A stretch of DNA of 64,000 bases. Source: Octopus vulgaris. Taxonomy: Eukaryota. Below, piece by piece: positions 1 to 12,911 of the stretch. A model generated the notes under the pieces. The model did no database searches and had not been told where the DNA came from. It saw nothing but the letters and a program-made list of their open reading frames with translations. Position numbers and translations under genes: made by a program. Each line of letters opens with the position of its first letter. Position 1 is the stretch's first letter. The stretch is from positions 161,820,001 to 161,884,000 of the forward strand of contig OX597817.1 of the NCBI GenBank assembly GCA_951406725.2. The letters run 5' to 3'.

Positions 1-409
1 GGTACTGGTTAACCCAGACTTAGTGAAAATTGCAACTTCAAAAGGCACCAGACAGTGGGATCGGACCCGAGATTTCGTTGTTGCGAAGCGAACTTCCAAA
101 CTGTTCGGTCATACTGCGATTTATCTAACATAAATCACAAAACAAACCACATGATACTGTATAAAGTTATTAGCAATAACGACAACAACAACTCGTACTA
201 ACACTGTGACTTCCTCCGATTCTGGTAGCTCGACGATCATAACATTTCTAGCGCCGAGTATAAGCTCGGAACGAGATGAATGGGCGCAGCTTTTTGACGC
301 TAACGATTTGGTACAGCTGACTGGTCATTCAGCCCTGTTTTGGCAACAGTACATTTTAGCACTGGAGGCAAACACACACACATGCGCCCGCATAAGTATA
401 CAACTGGTA

Positions 410-718
410 CTCCGTCGGTTACGCCGACGAAGATCCGATCAACGGAACAACCTGCTTGTGAAATTAACGTACAAGTGGCTGAGCACTCCACAGACATGTG
501 TATCCTTAACGTAGTTCTCAGGGAGATTCAGCATGACACAGAATGCGGCAAGGTTGGCTCTTTGAAATACGGGAACTACTCATTTTCGCCAACTGAGTGG
601 GCTGGAGCAAAGTGAAATAAAGTATCTTGCCCAAGGATTAAACGCGTCGCCGGGAATTGAACTCACGACCTTACGATCGCGAGCCGAATGCCCTAACCAC
701 TAAGCCACGCACATTCAC
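410..718 (-). mobile_element. SINE family A (tRNA-derived), diverged variant
   Basis: Carries the family-A tail (ctccgtcggttacg...cctgcttgtgaaattaacgt) and a degenerate tRNA-like head on the minus strand; homologous to 6902-7287. Confidence 0.75.
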
Positions 719-769
719 GCATAACAATATACATACAGATCAAGAGAGGGAGATAGAGTGACATTATAT

Positions 770-960
770 ATATACATACAGACAAAACTAGATGCTCATG
801 CACATAACGGAGTTAGAAAGAGAGGTGGTGGGGAGAACGGGAAACAGATTAAAATTATAGAAACATAAGACGCCTGATGTCAAGTGAGTCAACATCGAAT
901 CAGCGATGCCGAATAGGTGACGCAAAAACGACCGAGCTAAAATGGCTACGCTACAACGTC
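770..960 (-). repeat. Old dispersed repeat, unclassified (copy 1 of 3)
   Basis: The reverse complement matches 22835-23020 and 37785-38000 (gacgctgacttattt-acatcagacgt ... ttatgtgcatgag). Confidence 0.6.
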
Positions 961-1128
961 TAGTACTCCTAAAACCCCGAGTGAACTAATATCGTACATG
1001 CGCAACCATTTCTCGAAGCATACCATCGACAATCTTTGAATGACTCATCGTAGATATAAACTCACATATTTCCTTTTTCTAAACCACAATGCACATTCCG
1101 ACCACTCCAGACAAACAATAATAATGAA

Positions 1129-1730
1129 AGGCGGTAAGCTGGCAGAAACGTTAGCACGCCGGGCGAAATGCTTAGCGGTATTTCGTCAGCTGCGACGTTC
1201 TGAGTTCAAATTCCGCCGAGGTTGACTTTGCCTCTCATCCTTTCGAGGTCGATAAATTAAGTACCAGTTACGCACTGAGGTCGATATAATCGACTTAATC
1301 CGTGTGTTTGTCCTTGTTTGTCCTCTCTGTGTTTAGCCCCTTGTGGGTAGTAAAGAAACAGGTACTTCGTCTGCCGCTACATTCTGAGTTCAAATTCCGC
1401 CGAGGTCGACTTTGCCTGTCATCCTTTCGGGGGTCGATTAAATAAGTAGCAGTTACGCACTGGGGTTGATGTAATCAACTTAATCCGTTTGTCTGTCCTT
1501 GTTTGTCCCCTCTGTGTGTAGCCCCTTGTGGGTAGTAAAGAAGTAGGGATTTCATCTGCCGCTACGTTCTGAGTTCAAATTCCGCCGAGGTCGACTTTGC
1601 CTGTCATCCTTTCGGGGGTCGATTAAATAAGTACCAGTTACACACTGGGGTCGATATAATCGACTTAATCCGTTTGTCTGTCCTTGTTTGTCCTCTCTGT
1701 GTTTAGCCCCTTGTGGGTAGTAAAGAAATA
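1129..1730 (+). mobile_element. SINE family C (Meta-domain-like), tandem trimer
   Basis: One full unit plus two 5'-truncated ~185-bp units (junctions at 1361 and 1546). Core is gtcgactttgcctttcatcctttcggggtcgataaattaagtaccag. An 18-bp TSD with 1 mismatch lies at 1111-1128 and 1731-1748. Confidence 0.9.
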
Positions 1731-1996
1731 ACAAACAATAATCATGAACCTAGAAGAGGACACATGGGCTAACAACAGAAAGCAAACAGAAAGTAACACT
1801 ACGATATTCAAACTTCCATCGACGGCAGCAGATCTTCTTTGGTCACCATTTCCTACTTATTCACTTAAATATGAATTACTCTATGTGTGCTCCATGTGAG
1901 ACACAACAAAATGGTGGCTATTATTCCACCTGTTACGTCGGCAAATTTACGGGTACAAAATAAATAAATAAATATATAAATAAAATTCAATTTATA

Positions 1997-2160
1997 GGCG
2001 CAGGCTTAGCTGTGGGGTTAAAAAGTTCACTTGGCAACTATGTGGATATGGGTTCAGTCCCACTGCACGACAACTTGGGCAAGTGTCTTCTACTATAGCC
2101 TCGGTCTGATCAAAGCCTTATGAGTGGATTTGGTGGATGGAAACTGAAAGAAGCCCGTCG

Positions 2161-2210
<50 letters not shown>

Positions 2211-2430
2211 TCCCCACCACCACCACCACCACCATTGCTTGACAACCGATGTTGGTGTGCTTATGTCCCCTTAACTTAACGGCACAAGTGACCGATAGAA
2301 TAAATACTAGGCTTACAAAGAATAAGTCCTGGGGTCAATTTCTTCGACGAAAACCCTTTAAGGCAATGCTTCAACCATGGCCGCAGTCAAATGACTGAGA
2401 CGTGTAAAAGAATAAGAGAATAAAAAGAAT
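1997..2430 (+). mobile_element. SINE family B with internal microsatellite
   Basis: tRNA-like head (aggcgcagg...ggttcagtcccactgc), cttgggcaag core, internal (TA)n(TG)n, and the family tail ending in an aaaag repeat. Confidence 0.88.
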
Positions 2431-3019
2431 ACAGCTCCCTGATTTTGCAAATAGCTGTCGGGCTGGCTGAAAATTCTTTATTACCGACAAAAGCAGTGTT
2501 TGTTCAATCGATGTTTTTCGATATCGGCGTGAAACTGTAGCGTGATATAGCTTCTCCGATGTTCTAGAATTTACCCTCTTGTCACCGCATAAAAACCGAT
2601 TGGCACCTAAATCATCGCAAAGTGTTGAGCGAGGCCGGCTGATTCACACGCCTTACCACTTGCCAAGCAAATGACTTTTGGCATTTGAGCAGATAGTTTC
2701 GAACTTTGCGCAAACGATTTCGGAATTCTCAGGCAGACCAATTCTGAGCATTAACACGATATCCCATAGGTAACAGCTACGGACACGGCACGGCTTTTCT
2801 CTCTTCCCAGTTAGCAATTGTATTATTAACATCTTTCAGTGTAAAGAGCCAACACAAATATCATGGCCGTAAATTAATATTAAAGTTAAAGACACGTGAG
2901 TTTGCTTCAGTAATTATTTACGCAGTCAATGACATTCAACGCGTTCTGTACAACAGTGGCAATAAAGCCATCCATTGCGACAGTGGTTGTGGTGGTGGTG
3001 GTTGTGTGAGAGAGAGAGT

Positions 3020-3340
3020 GTGTGTGTATGTGCATGCGTGTGTATGTGTATGTGCATGCGTGTGTGTGTGTATGTGCATGCGTGTGTGTGTGTATGTGTA
3101 TGCGTGTGTGTGTGTGTGTGTGTTTGTCCACCACCACCGTTTGACAATCGGTGTTAATGTGTTTACGTCCCTGAAACTTAGCGGTTCGGTCAAAGTGACC
3201 GAAAAAAACAAAGTACTTGGCTTTAGATAATTAGTACTGGGGTCGATTCATTCGACTAAAAACCCTTCAAGGCGGTGCCCCAGCATGGCTGCAGTCTATT
3301 GCTTGTAACGAGTAGAAAGTAAACGATAAAAGATAAAAGA
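3020..3340 (+). mobile_element. SINE family B, 3' half
   Basis: (TG)n followed by ttgacaatcggtgtt...ggcggtgccccagcatggc...gataaaa. Confidence 0.75.
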
Positions 3341-4435
3341 TTCACCAGCTCGACTCGACCGACCAAGCAACACCTCTACATAAATATATGTAATGGGCAG
3401 GTTATGATAAATCCAAAAGCATGCGAAGTAAAGTTTGTGTTTGTGTCCTCTTCATTGTTTAGTAGTAAATACAGAGAGAGGTAAATTATGTTGTAAGAGA
3501 ACAGAATTAGAGCTAGAGAGAATTGTAGGATGTTGCCTCACAGTTGTTGACAGAAAACTTCATTTCTCCCTCTGACCAAGGTTCTAGCTGGTTAGCTAGA
3601 CTTCGTCGTCACCGAAGTGACTGACTGATTTTTGCTTGGGGTATTCTTGCTTTTATAACCATTCAGAAGGATAGACATATCATTGAGAACAATAGATTTA
3701 GTTGTTGGTCTTGTTATCTCTATTCTAGCTTTTGGTGATGTACAAGAGGTTAGAAAGGGTCTAGTAGTGAAGACATTATTTCGGCCTAGCTAACTGTTGT
3801 CAGAGAAAAACCATTGTTCCATCGTGGGAAAAGTTCTGTTGCAGTGTTAATTTAAATTTGGCTATGGTGGATCGAATCCACTTCATGCATGCAAGATCCA
3901 CTACACATATATATGGTCACTGTCGGTCAGTATCTTTTATTAAAGGCATTCACCGCTCTAATAGTTTTTGTTACTTTGTTCTTCATTCTCTTCTATCCTA
4001 TCCACCCAAAGTTTTCTGCTATGGCCTAGTATAAAGTATTAAACAATAATCAGGTCCGATTTTGCAAGGTGCGATTTACCTGAAGGTAATCACGCCTTGC
4101 GAAAATGTTATTATGCATAAGTTTTTACAACGCTTATCATGAATATCGAAGAATAGCCAGTATTTAGCTACGCCAAATCAGGTTCTTCAGCAGAAAAAAA
4201 TAAAATACTGGACATTGTCGCAGTGGGGGAGAGATTCGTTCAAAATTCGTCACAATGCTTTTTATCTGTAGAATAAATACATCGCTAAACATTATCTAAA
4301 GCTATTATTTGCAGCAAAGTAAATATGTTGAAATTCACAAACAAACAAAATGGAATTCAAAGATAATAAATTTCATCTTGCGAGCTGAAAATATTTCTAG
4401 AAATAATCTTTAAAAGAGAAACAATACACAAACGA

Positions 4436-4436
<1 letters not shown>

Positions 4437-4521
<85 letters not shown>

Positions 4522-4526
4522 CGATG

Positions 4527-4584
<58 letters not shown>

Positions 4585-4613
4585 CGATAACAATAATAAT
4601 AATAATAATAATG

Positions 4614-4644
<31 letters not shown>

Positions 4645-4676
4645 TAATAATAATAATGATAATAATAATAATAATG

Positions 4677-4722
<46 letters not shown>

Positions 4723-4751
4723 TAATAATAATAGTAATAGTAATAATAATG

Positions 4752-4817
<66 letters not shown>
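4437..4817. repeat. (TAA)n microsatellite
   Basis: ~380 bp of TAA with occasional TGA; source of the poly-I/Y/L ORFs. Confidence 0.97.
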
Positions 4818-4820
<3 letters not shown>

Positions 4821-5334
4821 CGTATCAACGATGGAGATAATCCATATCACCAAAGAAATACATATATTCATGTATAGATATATATATACATACATGCATG
4901 CATACATACATACATACATACATACATACATACATGCATACATACATACATACATACATACATACATACATACATACATACGTATATTATATTATATTAT
5001 ATATTATATGCATGCATATAAAGGTAGTACAGCGGAAATTCAACGCTTCGTCAACGAATATCGAAATCTCAAAATACTGAAACATTTCAGAGGCTTTGCT
5101 TATAATTTGTCAAAGACTTTCTTCTTTGAAACAGTTTTATCTTTTTAGCGAATTATTTTGAAAATCCAGTTTTTTCTTTAAAGGTAATTTGGATTTGATT
5201 TTCGTGTATATATTGAATAAATTTAACATAAATAATTTTTTTTTTTTTTGCATCTTCTAATTTTTCGCTGTTAAAGAAAGGCGACAAATATATGTTTAGT
5301 GACATATATTTACTAAGTATATATTTACGACGTG

Positions 5335-5383
<49 letters not shown>

Positions 5384-5583
5384 AAGAGAGGGAGAAGGAG
5401 AAAGAGAGAGAGAGGGAGAAAGAGAGAGAGAGACAGAGAGAGAGAGACAGAGAGAACATATATATATATGTGGTTTGGTCATTTTGACTACTATGATGCC
5501 GCTACTGCTTGTTAGTACCCTTAATTATTAATTAATTTTTTACCGTTATGAGCTTCTGATATTATTATAAACAATAATATCTC

Positions 5584-5634
<51 letters not shown>

Positions 5635-6080
5635 CATAAATGAGGGCAAGGGAAAAAACATTTCTAATGCCAAATATGCCGAAAAATTGGACATATTGTC
5701 CATTTAACCATATAATTTTTTCACAATACGCACGCTACTTGAATAAAGGTCGACAGAAATTTTCTAAAAAATTCCATTATTACCATATCGGACCGATTTC
5801 AGAGTTAGCTACTAAGAGCCCTCTCTTCGTCAGTGATACATGTGGCAAAAGAAATAAATGAGATACTTACTCATACCCATGGAAAGAAGCAAATACACAA
5901 AGTCACGGGCACAACTAAGTACCCCAAATACATCCAAAATAGAAATACTCCAGCCCATCCGAGGCACGTGCGATTTGAACTGAGGCTCTCACAGAGTGAG
6001 TTAGATAGTCCGGAAGTGAACGTCCAATTTTTCGGCATATTTGGCATTAGAAATTTTTTTCTCCCTTGCCCTCATTTATG
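5635..6080. mobile_element. MITE with ~57-bp terminal inverted repeats
   Basis: cataaatgagggcaaggg...gccgaaaaattggac (5635-5692) is the near-perfect reverse complement of 6022-6080; no coding capacity inside. Confidence 0.8.
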
Positions 6081-6211
6081 AATTAAATAAATTTAACCGT
6101 TAAAGGTATTTTTTAATATGCTGGCCATTGATAAAATTGTTTTCGAGAAAATTTTTTTTTTTCGAAAAGAATTTTATCCTCACATTTGATATATATATAA
6201 ATATATATACA

Positions 6212-6340
6212 TACCGTATTTCAACGTGTATAAGAAACTCCCTAATTTTTCGGGGCATTAAAATTTAGAAAAAAGGTTTTGTAAGGGATTATAAACTAAT
6301 ATTTGACAAAAAAAGGGTTCCTCATACATGTTAAAATACG

Positions 6341-6343
<3 letters not shown>
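6212..6343. mobile_element. Short MITE with pogo/Tigger-like ends
   Basis: ccgtatttcaacgtgtataagaaactc versus the reverse complement of the right end, ccgtattttaacatgtatgaggaaccc; preceded by TA. Confidence 0.6.
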
Positions 6344-6393
<50 letters not shown>

Positions 6394-6834
6394 TGTGTGT
6401 GTAGTGATGTATATGTATTACCTTTATAAGCAGGGCTAACTTAGCTTAACCTTAATCGTATTGGATTCTCTCATTAGAGGCGTTTACATCAATTTGAGCA
6501 AATCCAGAGAAATAAACGTCAAATCTGCTTAATATATTCGACAGTTACTGTAGCTATAGAATACTGGAGCTACAAGTTTGCACACCGTAACTGTTAACAC
6601 CTTATGTAATACCATTCTGTCGATATCATTCTTGAGGAAAATGTGGCAAGTTTTGTGATTTGGGATGAAATAAATTATGAGCGATGTATTGGTTTTTGTT
6701 TTTTCAGCCTAACAACTTATAAGGCCGTTTACCCGATTTGCATGGCGTGTAAGTGTTTGAAATCACATTATCCTCTGAACGGATTGCCGGTCCGTTGTAG
6801 GCTTCAAGTCCAGTAATTTTTTAGGGAAGCTCTA

Positions 6835-7775
6835 ATACGAACAGATGGTGAACACACAGACAACCGTTGGCTTGCCGTGTCCCAAAACATATACCAAGAG
6901 TGTGGAGGCACAATGGCCCAGTGGTTAGGGCAGCGGACTCGCGGTCATAGGATCGCGGTTTCGATTCCCAGACCGGGCGTTGTGAGTGTTTATTGAGCGA
7001 AAACACCTAAAAGTTCCACGAGGCTCCGGCAGGAGATGGTGGTGATTCCTACTGTACTCTTTCACCACAACTTTCTCTCACTCTTACTTCCTGTTTCTGT
7101 TGTACCTGTATTTCAAAGGGCCGGCCTTGTCACTCTCTGTGTCACGCTGAATATCCCCGAGAACTACGTTAAGGGTGCACGTGTCTGTGGAGTGCTCAGC
7201 CACTTACACGTTAATTTCACGAGCAGGCTGTTCCGTTGATTCGGATCAACCGGAACCCTCGTCGTCGTAACCGACGGAGTGCTTCCATACCAAGAGTGAT
7301 AAAAATCAAACATCATGGTGTTTAGAGTGATCACTAGTGATGGCGACGTTATGCCTCCATCCATCTTCACACACGGCCTCGGACTCAGCACGGAGGCCTT
7401 CATCAAATGCCTGGAGGAGGTAGTGCTGGGACAAGAGGGTGGCTGCTGGAAGACCCCATGTCTGGCAACAGGACTCTGCACCTTGCCACACAAGCAGGAG
7501 AACCCAGTCATGTCTATCAGACAATTTCTGTGACCACATCACCCCAAACATCTGGCTACCTAACTTCCCAGACTGCAAACCCCTTGATTATTATGTATGG
7601 GGTGCAGTTGAGTGAGAGACCAACAAAACTCCTTGTAACACCAAAGATGAAATGAAGGCAAGGATTATAGCAGCATTCACCAACTTAAACAAGGAAACCA
7701 TCCAGAAGAGTTGCAGGAGATTCCGAAGTCGTCTGGAGGCCATGGTGAAGCCAATGGCGATTCTATTGAATAAAT
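6835..7775 (+). pseudogene. Degenerate Tc1/mariner (maT/DD37D-like) transposase fragment interrupted by a SINE
   Basis: Frameshifted motifs NRWLA (before the SINE), then MVFRVITSDGDVMPP, WQQDSAPCH, WLPNFPDC and PLDYYVWGAVE after it. Confidence 0.8.
6902..7287 (+). mobile_element. SINE family A, full length
   Basis: tRNA-like head with A box (tggcccagtgg) and B box (ggtttcgattccc); tail gtaaccgacggagtgcttcca; TSD ataccaagagtg on both sides. Confidence 0.92.
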
Positions 7776-7963
7776 TTACTCTTTAATATTTCAAGATATT
7801 TTTATGTAATTTTGGTAAATATATCTGTTAAAATGAGATGTCAGTATTTTGCCCTTTCAGAAAATAAAACATAATTTCTAATACATACATGCGTACATAC
7901 ATACTTACGTACGTACAGAGTGGGCCAAAAGCCACGCACCATAACATTTAACATTTTATAGTA

Positions 7964-8333
7964 TACTAGCAATATCGCCCGGTGTTGCTCGGGTTTGTTT
8001 CGACCCTTTAGAATTGGAATTTTTGAAAAGTAAAACGTTTGCATTATGTAGCTTGTTATTCTCTTTAAGTGAACATTTTTCAGGTTGAAATACACCGAAA
8101 AATGGCGACACAGCAGTCAAAAAATTGTAAAAAATAAGGATTTTCATAGAAAAAAAGCACCTTTTTGATGTAAATAATTTTTGGTGTTAACATGGTCCGA
8201 TTTGAATTTTTTCTTCTTCTATCATACTCTCAATTTTGGTCAACTTGCGCCGCAGGGTCTTTGAGGAGATAGTGTTAGTTGAAGGCTACCAAACCTACCA
8301 TACACAGACAACTTCAGCTTTATATATATATAG
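7964..8333 (-). mobile_element. Non-autonomous Helitron
   Basis: The minus-strand 3' end has the hairpin cccgagcaacaccggg followed by CTAG|T; near-identical copy at 35278-35672. Confidence 0.8.
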
Positions 8334-8334
8334 T

Positions 8335-8760
8335 GATTACCCTGTTGATTGCCCCGCCACCCTCCTTCAATCGGGCAGGCAAGGCAGTTTTCCTTTGCCT
8401 GGTGGCTGTGGCGAAAGAGGCTGTGTGGCGGACGAGGCTGAAAGGCATGAAGACAGATACATTCCTCTTTGATAGGGGTCTCACTGACGTCTTCAAATTT
8501 CACTTGAAAAGGAAATTGAGGGTGGCGAGGAAAGTACTGCCCTCGAGCGAGTTTATTGAAAGTGGGTGAAAATTGCGAAAATGGCAAGAGTGGATGGTAC
8601 CTCGTATACCTAAGTGTCGACCTCTAAGTGTAGACATTGGAAAGGGCACTTGTTTTTAGTGTTCAGGGGGATCTCAGACAGTGGGATTCCTCGATTATCC
8701 CTAGAGGTCATCCTGTATCAGGAGAGCTACATCTCTATCATCCCACCCTTTTTTTTATAA
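8335..8760 (+). pseudogene. L1/Tx1-like ORF2 C-terminus and 3' UTR fragment
   Basis: Peptide FLCLVAVAKEAVWRTRLKG...FKFHLKRKLRV...FIE resembles the AK-x-x-W-x-x-R C-terminal region of L1/Tx1 ORF2. Confidence 0.55.
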
Positions 8761-8894
8761 AGCCAGTGAATCAATTACTATTAGTATCACGTCTACTCTC
8801 CTCATTGACCACAACCTTCGTATTTCCCACGTCATATCGTCATACTTGTTCAGTTTTTCTTCTTTCTCTTCGATCCTGTTGTCACCGGGACATG

Positions 8895-9137
8895 CTATAC
8901 TCTTTACATTTTTACTTGTTTCAGTCGACTGTGGCCATGCTGGAACACCGCCTTTAGTCGAGCAAATCGACCCCAGAATTTATTCTTTGTAAACCTAGTA
9001 CTTATTCTATTGGTCTCTTTTGCCGAACCGCTAAGATACGAGGACGTAAACACACCAGCATCGGTTGTCAAGCGATGTTTGGGGGACAAACACAGACACA
9101 CAAACATATACACACACATAAATACATGCATATATAT

Positions 9138-9234
<97 letters not shown>

Positions 9235-9408
9235 CATATATACGACAGGCTTCTTTCAGTTTCCGTCTACCAAATCCACTCACAAGCCTTTTGGTCAACC
9301 TGAGGCTATAGTAGAAGACACTTGCCCAAGGTGCCACGGAGTGGGACTGAACCCGGAACCATGTGGTTGGTAAGCAAGCTACTTACCACACAGCCACACC
9401 TCCGCCTA
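8895..9408 (-). mobile_element. SINE family B with expanded internal (TA)n
   Basis: Reverse complement of the 17128-17540 copy, with ~130 bp of internal TA repeat. Confidence 0.9.
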
Positions 9409-9629
9409 TGTCGATTATCATATAATGTTCGGTTTCCGATGTCTGGTCGGGTGATCACACTGAATAATTGCATCTCAGAATATTGCAATCTTCATTCTCA
9501 GTGGCTCCTCCTGGGTTTTCTTCATACCACCTCCTTGCTCGCTCTTTGTAGGCCGTGATTTCCACAGAGCTCCCAATGGATCATTCTTGCCATATTGTCA
9601 TGGCGTCTTTTGTAATCGCGTTGTGCAGC

Positions 9630-9830
9630 TGACGGAATCGTTAACACGCTGGCCGAAATGCTTAGTGGTATTTCGCCCACCGCTACGTTCTCAGTTCAAA
9701 TTCCGCCGAGGTCGACTTTGCCTTTCATACTTTCGGGGTCGATAAATTAAGTACCAGTGAAACACTGGGGTCGATCCAATCGGCTAGTCGCCGCCCCGAA
9801 ATTTCAGGCCTTGTGCCTGCAACAGAAAAG
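9630..9830 (+). mobile_element. SINE family C, alternative tail ending in (TTA)n
   Basis: Family-C core, then aatttcaggccttgtgcct...agaaaag running straight into (ATT)n. Confidence 0.8.
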
Positions 9831-9905
<75 letters not shown>

Positions 9906-9931
9906 GTTGTTGTTGTTGTTATTCATAATAC

Positions 9932-9993
<62 letters not shown>

Positions 9994-10001
9994 TCATTAT
10001 T

Positions 10002-10449
10002 GAGTGAGAGAGTAGTGCATGCTATCAAAGTGACACTGGGGTAAAATATACGATGCCCAGTATACCCATCATGACTACCTGTCTGATAAGGGTACACCAG
10101 GCACATGCATCACAACCAAATGTGCGTGACATAGTGATCTCATATCAAGATAAACAGCACATGACCTAGCAGATAGGGCTCAGTTAGAATTTTCTTCAGG
10201 CCAAGTAGCCCACTCCGCTCAAAAGGTCCCTGAATAACGGTTGTTTAAGGATGCTGAACGAAACACCCATGATTCCAAAGGTGAATTATCCATATCCCAA
10301 ATAATTCCTCTCAACACATGGCTATGACGTTCCCCGACCACTTCTGCTCGTGATAAGAGAGGCACTAAGGAACATGCTCAACTGGTTAAGGTCAAGCAAC
10401 TGTCAAGCAAATTTGTGGTATTGAGCAGAATATTTGCTGTAGCCCATGT
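10002..10449 (-). mobile_element. Element D copy 1: 5'-truncated non-LTR 3' end in a (TAA)n array
   Basis: Same left boundary (gagtgagagag) as the copies at 10568 and 12323, a different right boundary, and TTA/TTG repeats on both sides. Confidence 0.75.
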
Positions 10450-10497
10450 TTTGTTGTTGTTGTTGTTGTTGTTGTTGTTATTGTTATTGTTATTGTT

Positions 10498-10567
<70 letters not shown>

Positions 10568-10569
<2 letters not shown>

Positions 10570-11003
10570 GAGTGAGAGAGCAGTTCATGCCATCAAAGTG
10601 ACACTGGGGTAAAATATACGAAGCCCAATATACCCATCATGACTACCCGTCTGATAAAGGTACACCAGGCACATGCATCACAACCATATGTGCGCGACAT
10701 GGTGATCTCATATCAAGATAAACAGCACATGACCTTGCAGGTGGGGCCCAGTTAGAATTTTCTTCAGGTTGAGTAGCCCATCCCGCCCAAACGGTCCCTG
10801 AATAAGGGTTGTTTAAGGATGTTGAAAGAACCACCCATGTTTCCAGAGGTGAACTATTCAAACCCCAAAGAATCCCTCTCAACACATGGCTATGATGCTC
10901 CCCCACTACTTCAGCTCGTGATCAGAGATGCACATATCGTCAGCCACTAAGGGACATGCTCAACTGGTTAAGGTCAAACAACTGACAAGCAAATCTGTGG
11001 TAT
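10568..11003 (-). mobile_element. Element D copy 2
   Basis: Near-identical to 12323-12843 but truncated earlier; embedded in (TTA)n. Confidence 0.78.
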
Positions 11004-11019
11004 ATTATTATTACTCTTA

Positions 11020-11187
11020 GTGGTATTACGTCCCTCTTTACGTTCTGAGTTCAAATTCTATCGAGGTCGATTTGGTATTCATCCTTTCGGGGTCAATAAA
11101 TTAAGTGCCAGTTGTGTACTGGGGGTCGATGTAATCGACTAGTCCCCTCCCTACAAATTTCAGGCCTTGTGCCTATAGTAGAAAGGA
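11020..11187 (+). mobile_element. SINE family C, alternative tail, followed by (ATT)n
   Basis: Core catcctttcggggtcaataaattaagtgccag and tail aatttcaggccttgtgcctatagtagaaagg. Confidence 0.75.
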
Positions 11188-11223
11188 TTATTATCATCAT
11201 CATCATCCTCATCCTCATCATCA

Positions 11224-11308
<85 letters not shown>

Positions 11309-11336
11309 CATTATTATTATCATTATTATTATTATT

Positions 11337-12035
11337 CAGTAGTTTTATTTTTATAGCGTGCTTTCACTTCACTACCGAGCGCAGCTCTGTGTGCCTTGGG
11401 TATGTGCTGTGATTTGTTGTGATGCTCTGATGGTTATTGTATGGAAAGTGTTCTGCGTAGGATGTGTGCAGTGCCTAGTAGTGCAATTTTCTGTATGTTA
11501 TATGTGTTTGTAAGTCCTGGTGTTTTTGTTATGTATTTGTCTGAATATTTTTTTATCATGCCTAATGCACCTACTATGATAGGAATTGTTTCTGTTTTCA
11601 AGTTCCACATTCTAGTTACCTCTATTTCCAGGTCTTTGTATTTTGAGAGTTTCTCCATTTCTTTTAGAGACACGTTGTCATCTGCCGGTATTGATACATC
11701 AATTAGAAAGCATTTTTTTTCTTCATGATCTCTGACAACTATATCTGGTCTAATTTCTCTATCTGTGTGTATCGGCATATCCCAGAGTATGGTTGCTTTC
11801 TCGTTTTCTGTGACCTTTTCTGGTGTGTGCCTACACCATCTTTTTTCTGTTGTTATTCCATAATGTTGGCATAGCTTCCAATGTATGTAGGTTCTAACTC
11901 TGTCATGTCTGTGAATATATTCCTTCTTAGCCAGGACTGGGCAGCTAGAGATAATATGATTTATTGTTTCTTGTCCATCTCCACATATTCTGCAGTTACT
12001 CGTAATATTTCTTTTCATTACATGTTTTTGGTAAT
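11337..12035 (-). mobile_element. R4/Dong-clade non-LTR retrotransposon 3' end (zinc knuckle and restriction-like endonuclease)
   Basis: ORF 11434-12035 contains CRICGDGQETINHIISSC (CCHC), RHD, PDIVV, LIDVSIP and EKLSKY, then a short 3' UTR and a (TAA)n tail. The ORF track's poly-I/R N-terminus is microsatellite. Confidence 0.92.
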
Positions 12036-12085
12036 TTCTTCTTCTTCTTCTTCTTTTTCTTCTTCTTCTTCTTCTTCTTCTTCTT

Positions 12086-12171
<86 letters not shown>

Positions 12172-12210
12172 CATCATCATTATCCTTATCATTATCATTA
12201 TCCTTATTAA

Positions 12211-12247
<37 letters not shown>

Positions 12248-12257
12248 GTTGTTGTTA

Positions 12258-12322
<65 letters not shown>

Positions 12323-12842
12323 GAGTGAGAGAGCAGTTCATGCCATCAAAGTGACACTGGGGTAAAATATACGAAGCCCAATATACCCATCATGACTACC
12401 CGTCTGATAAAGGTACACCAGGCACATGCATCACAACCATATGTGCGCGACATGGTGATCTCATATCAAGATAAACAGCACATGACCTTGCAGGTGGGGC
12501 CCAGTTAGAATTTTCTTCAGGTTGAGTAGCCCATCCGGCTCAAAGGTCCCTGAATAAGGGTTGTTTAAGGATGTTGAACGAACCACCCATGTTTCCAGAG
12601 GTGAACTATTCAAACCCCAAAGAATCCCTCACAACACATGGCTATGATGCTCCCCTACTACTTCTGCTCGTGATCAGAGATGCACATATCGTCAGCCACT
12701 AAGGGACATGCTCAACTGGTTAAGGTCAAACAACTGACAAACAAATCTGTGGTATTGAGCAGAATATTTGCTGTAGCCCATCTTTTATACCAAGACAAAA
12801 CAATGTACATGATAACACTTCCAATCAGTTAAGATCAGAAGC

Positions 12843-12843
<1 letters not shown>
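12323..12843 (-). mobile_element. Element D copy 3 (longest)
   Basis: ~520 bp with (TTA)n on both sides. Confidence 0.8.

Positions 12844-12911
<68 letters not shown>

Noticed and set aside
1129-1730. CRISPR-like array
   Set aside because: The units are whole SINE copies without unique spacers, the context is eukaryotic, and there are no cas genes.
4357-5148. Long poly-I/Y/L and YIHT ORFs (also at 14373-14904, 51603-52424 and 61022-62604)
   Set aside because: Translations of simple repeats with no coding complexity.
6905-6980. tRNA gene
   Set aside because: It is the tRNA-derived head of a SINE with body, tail and TSD; no proper acceptor stem.
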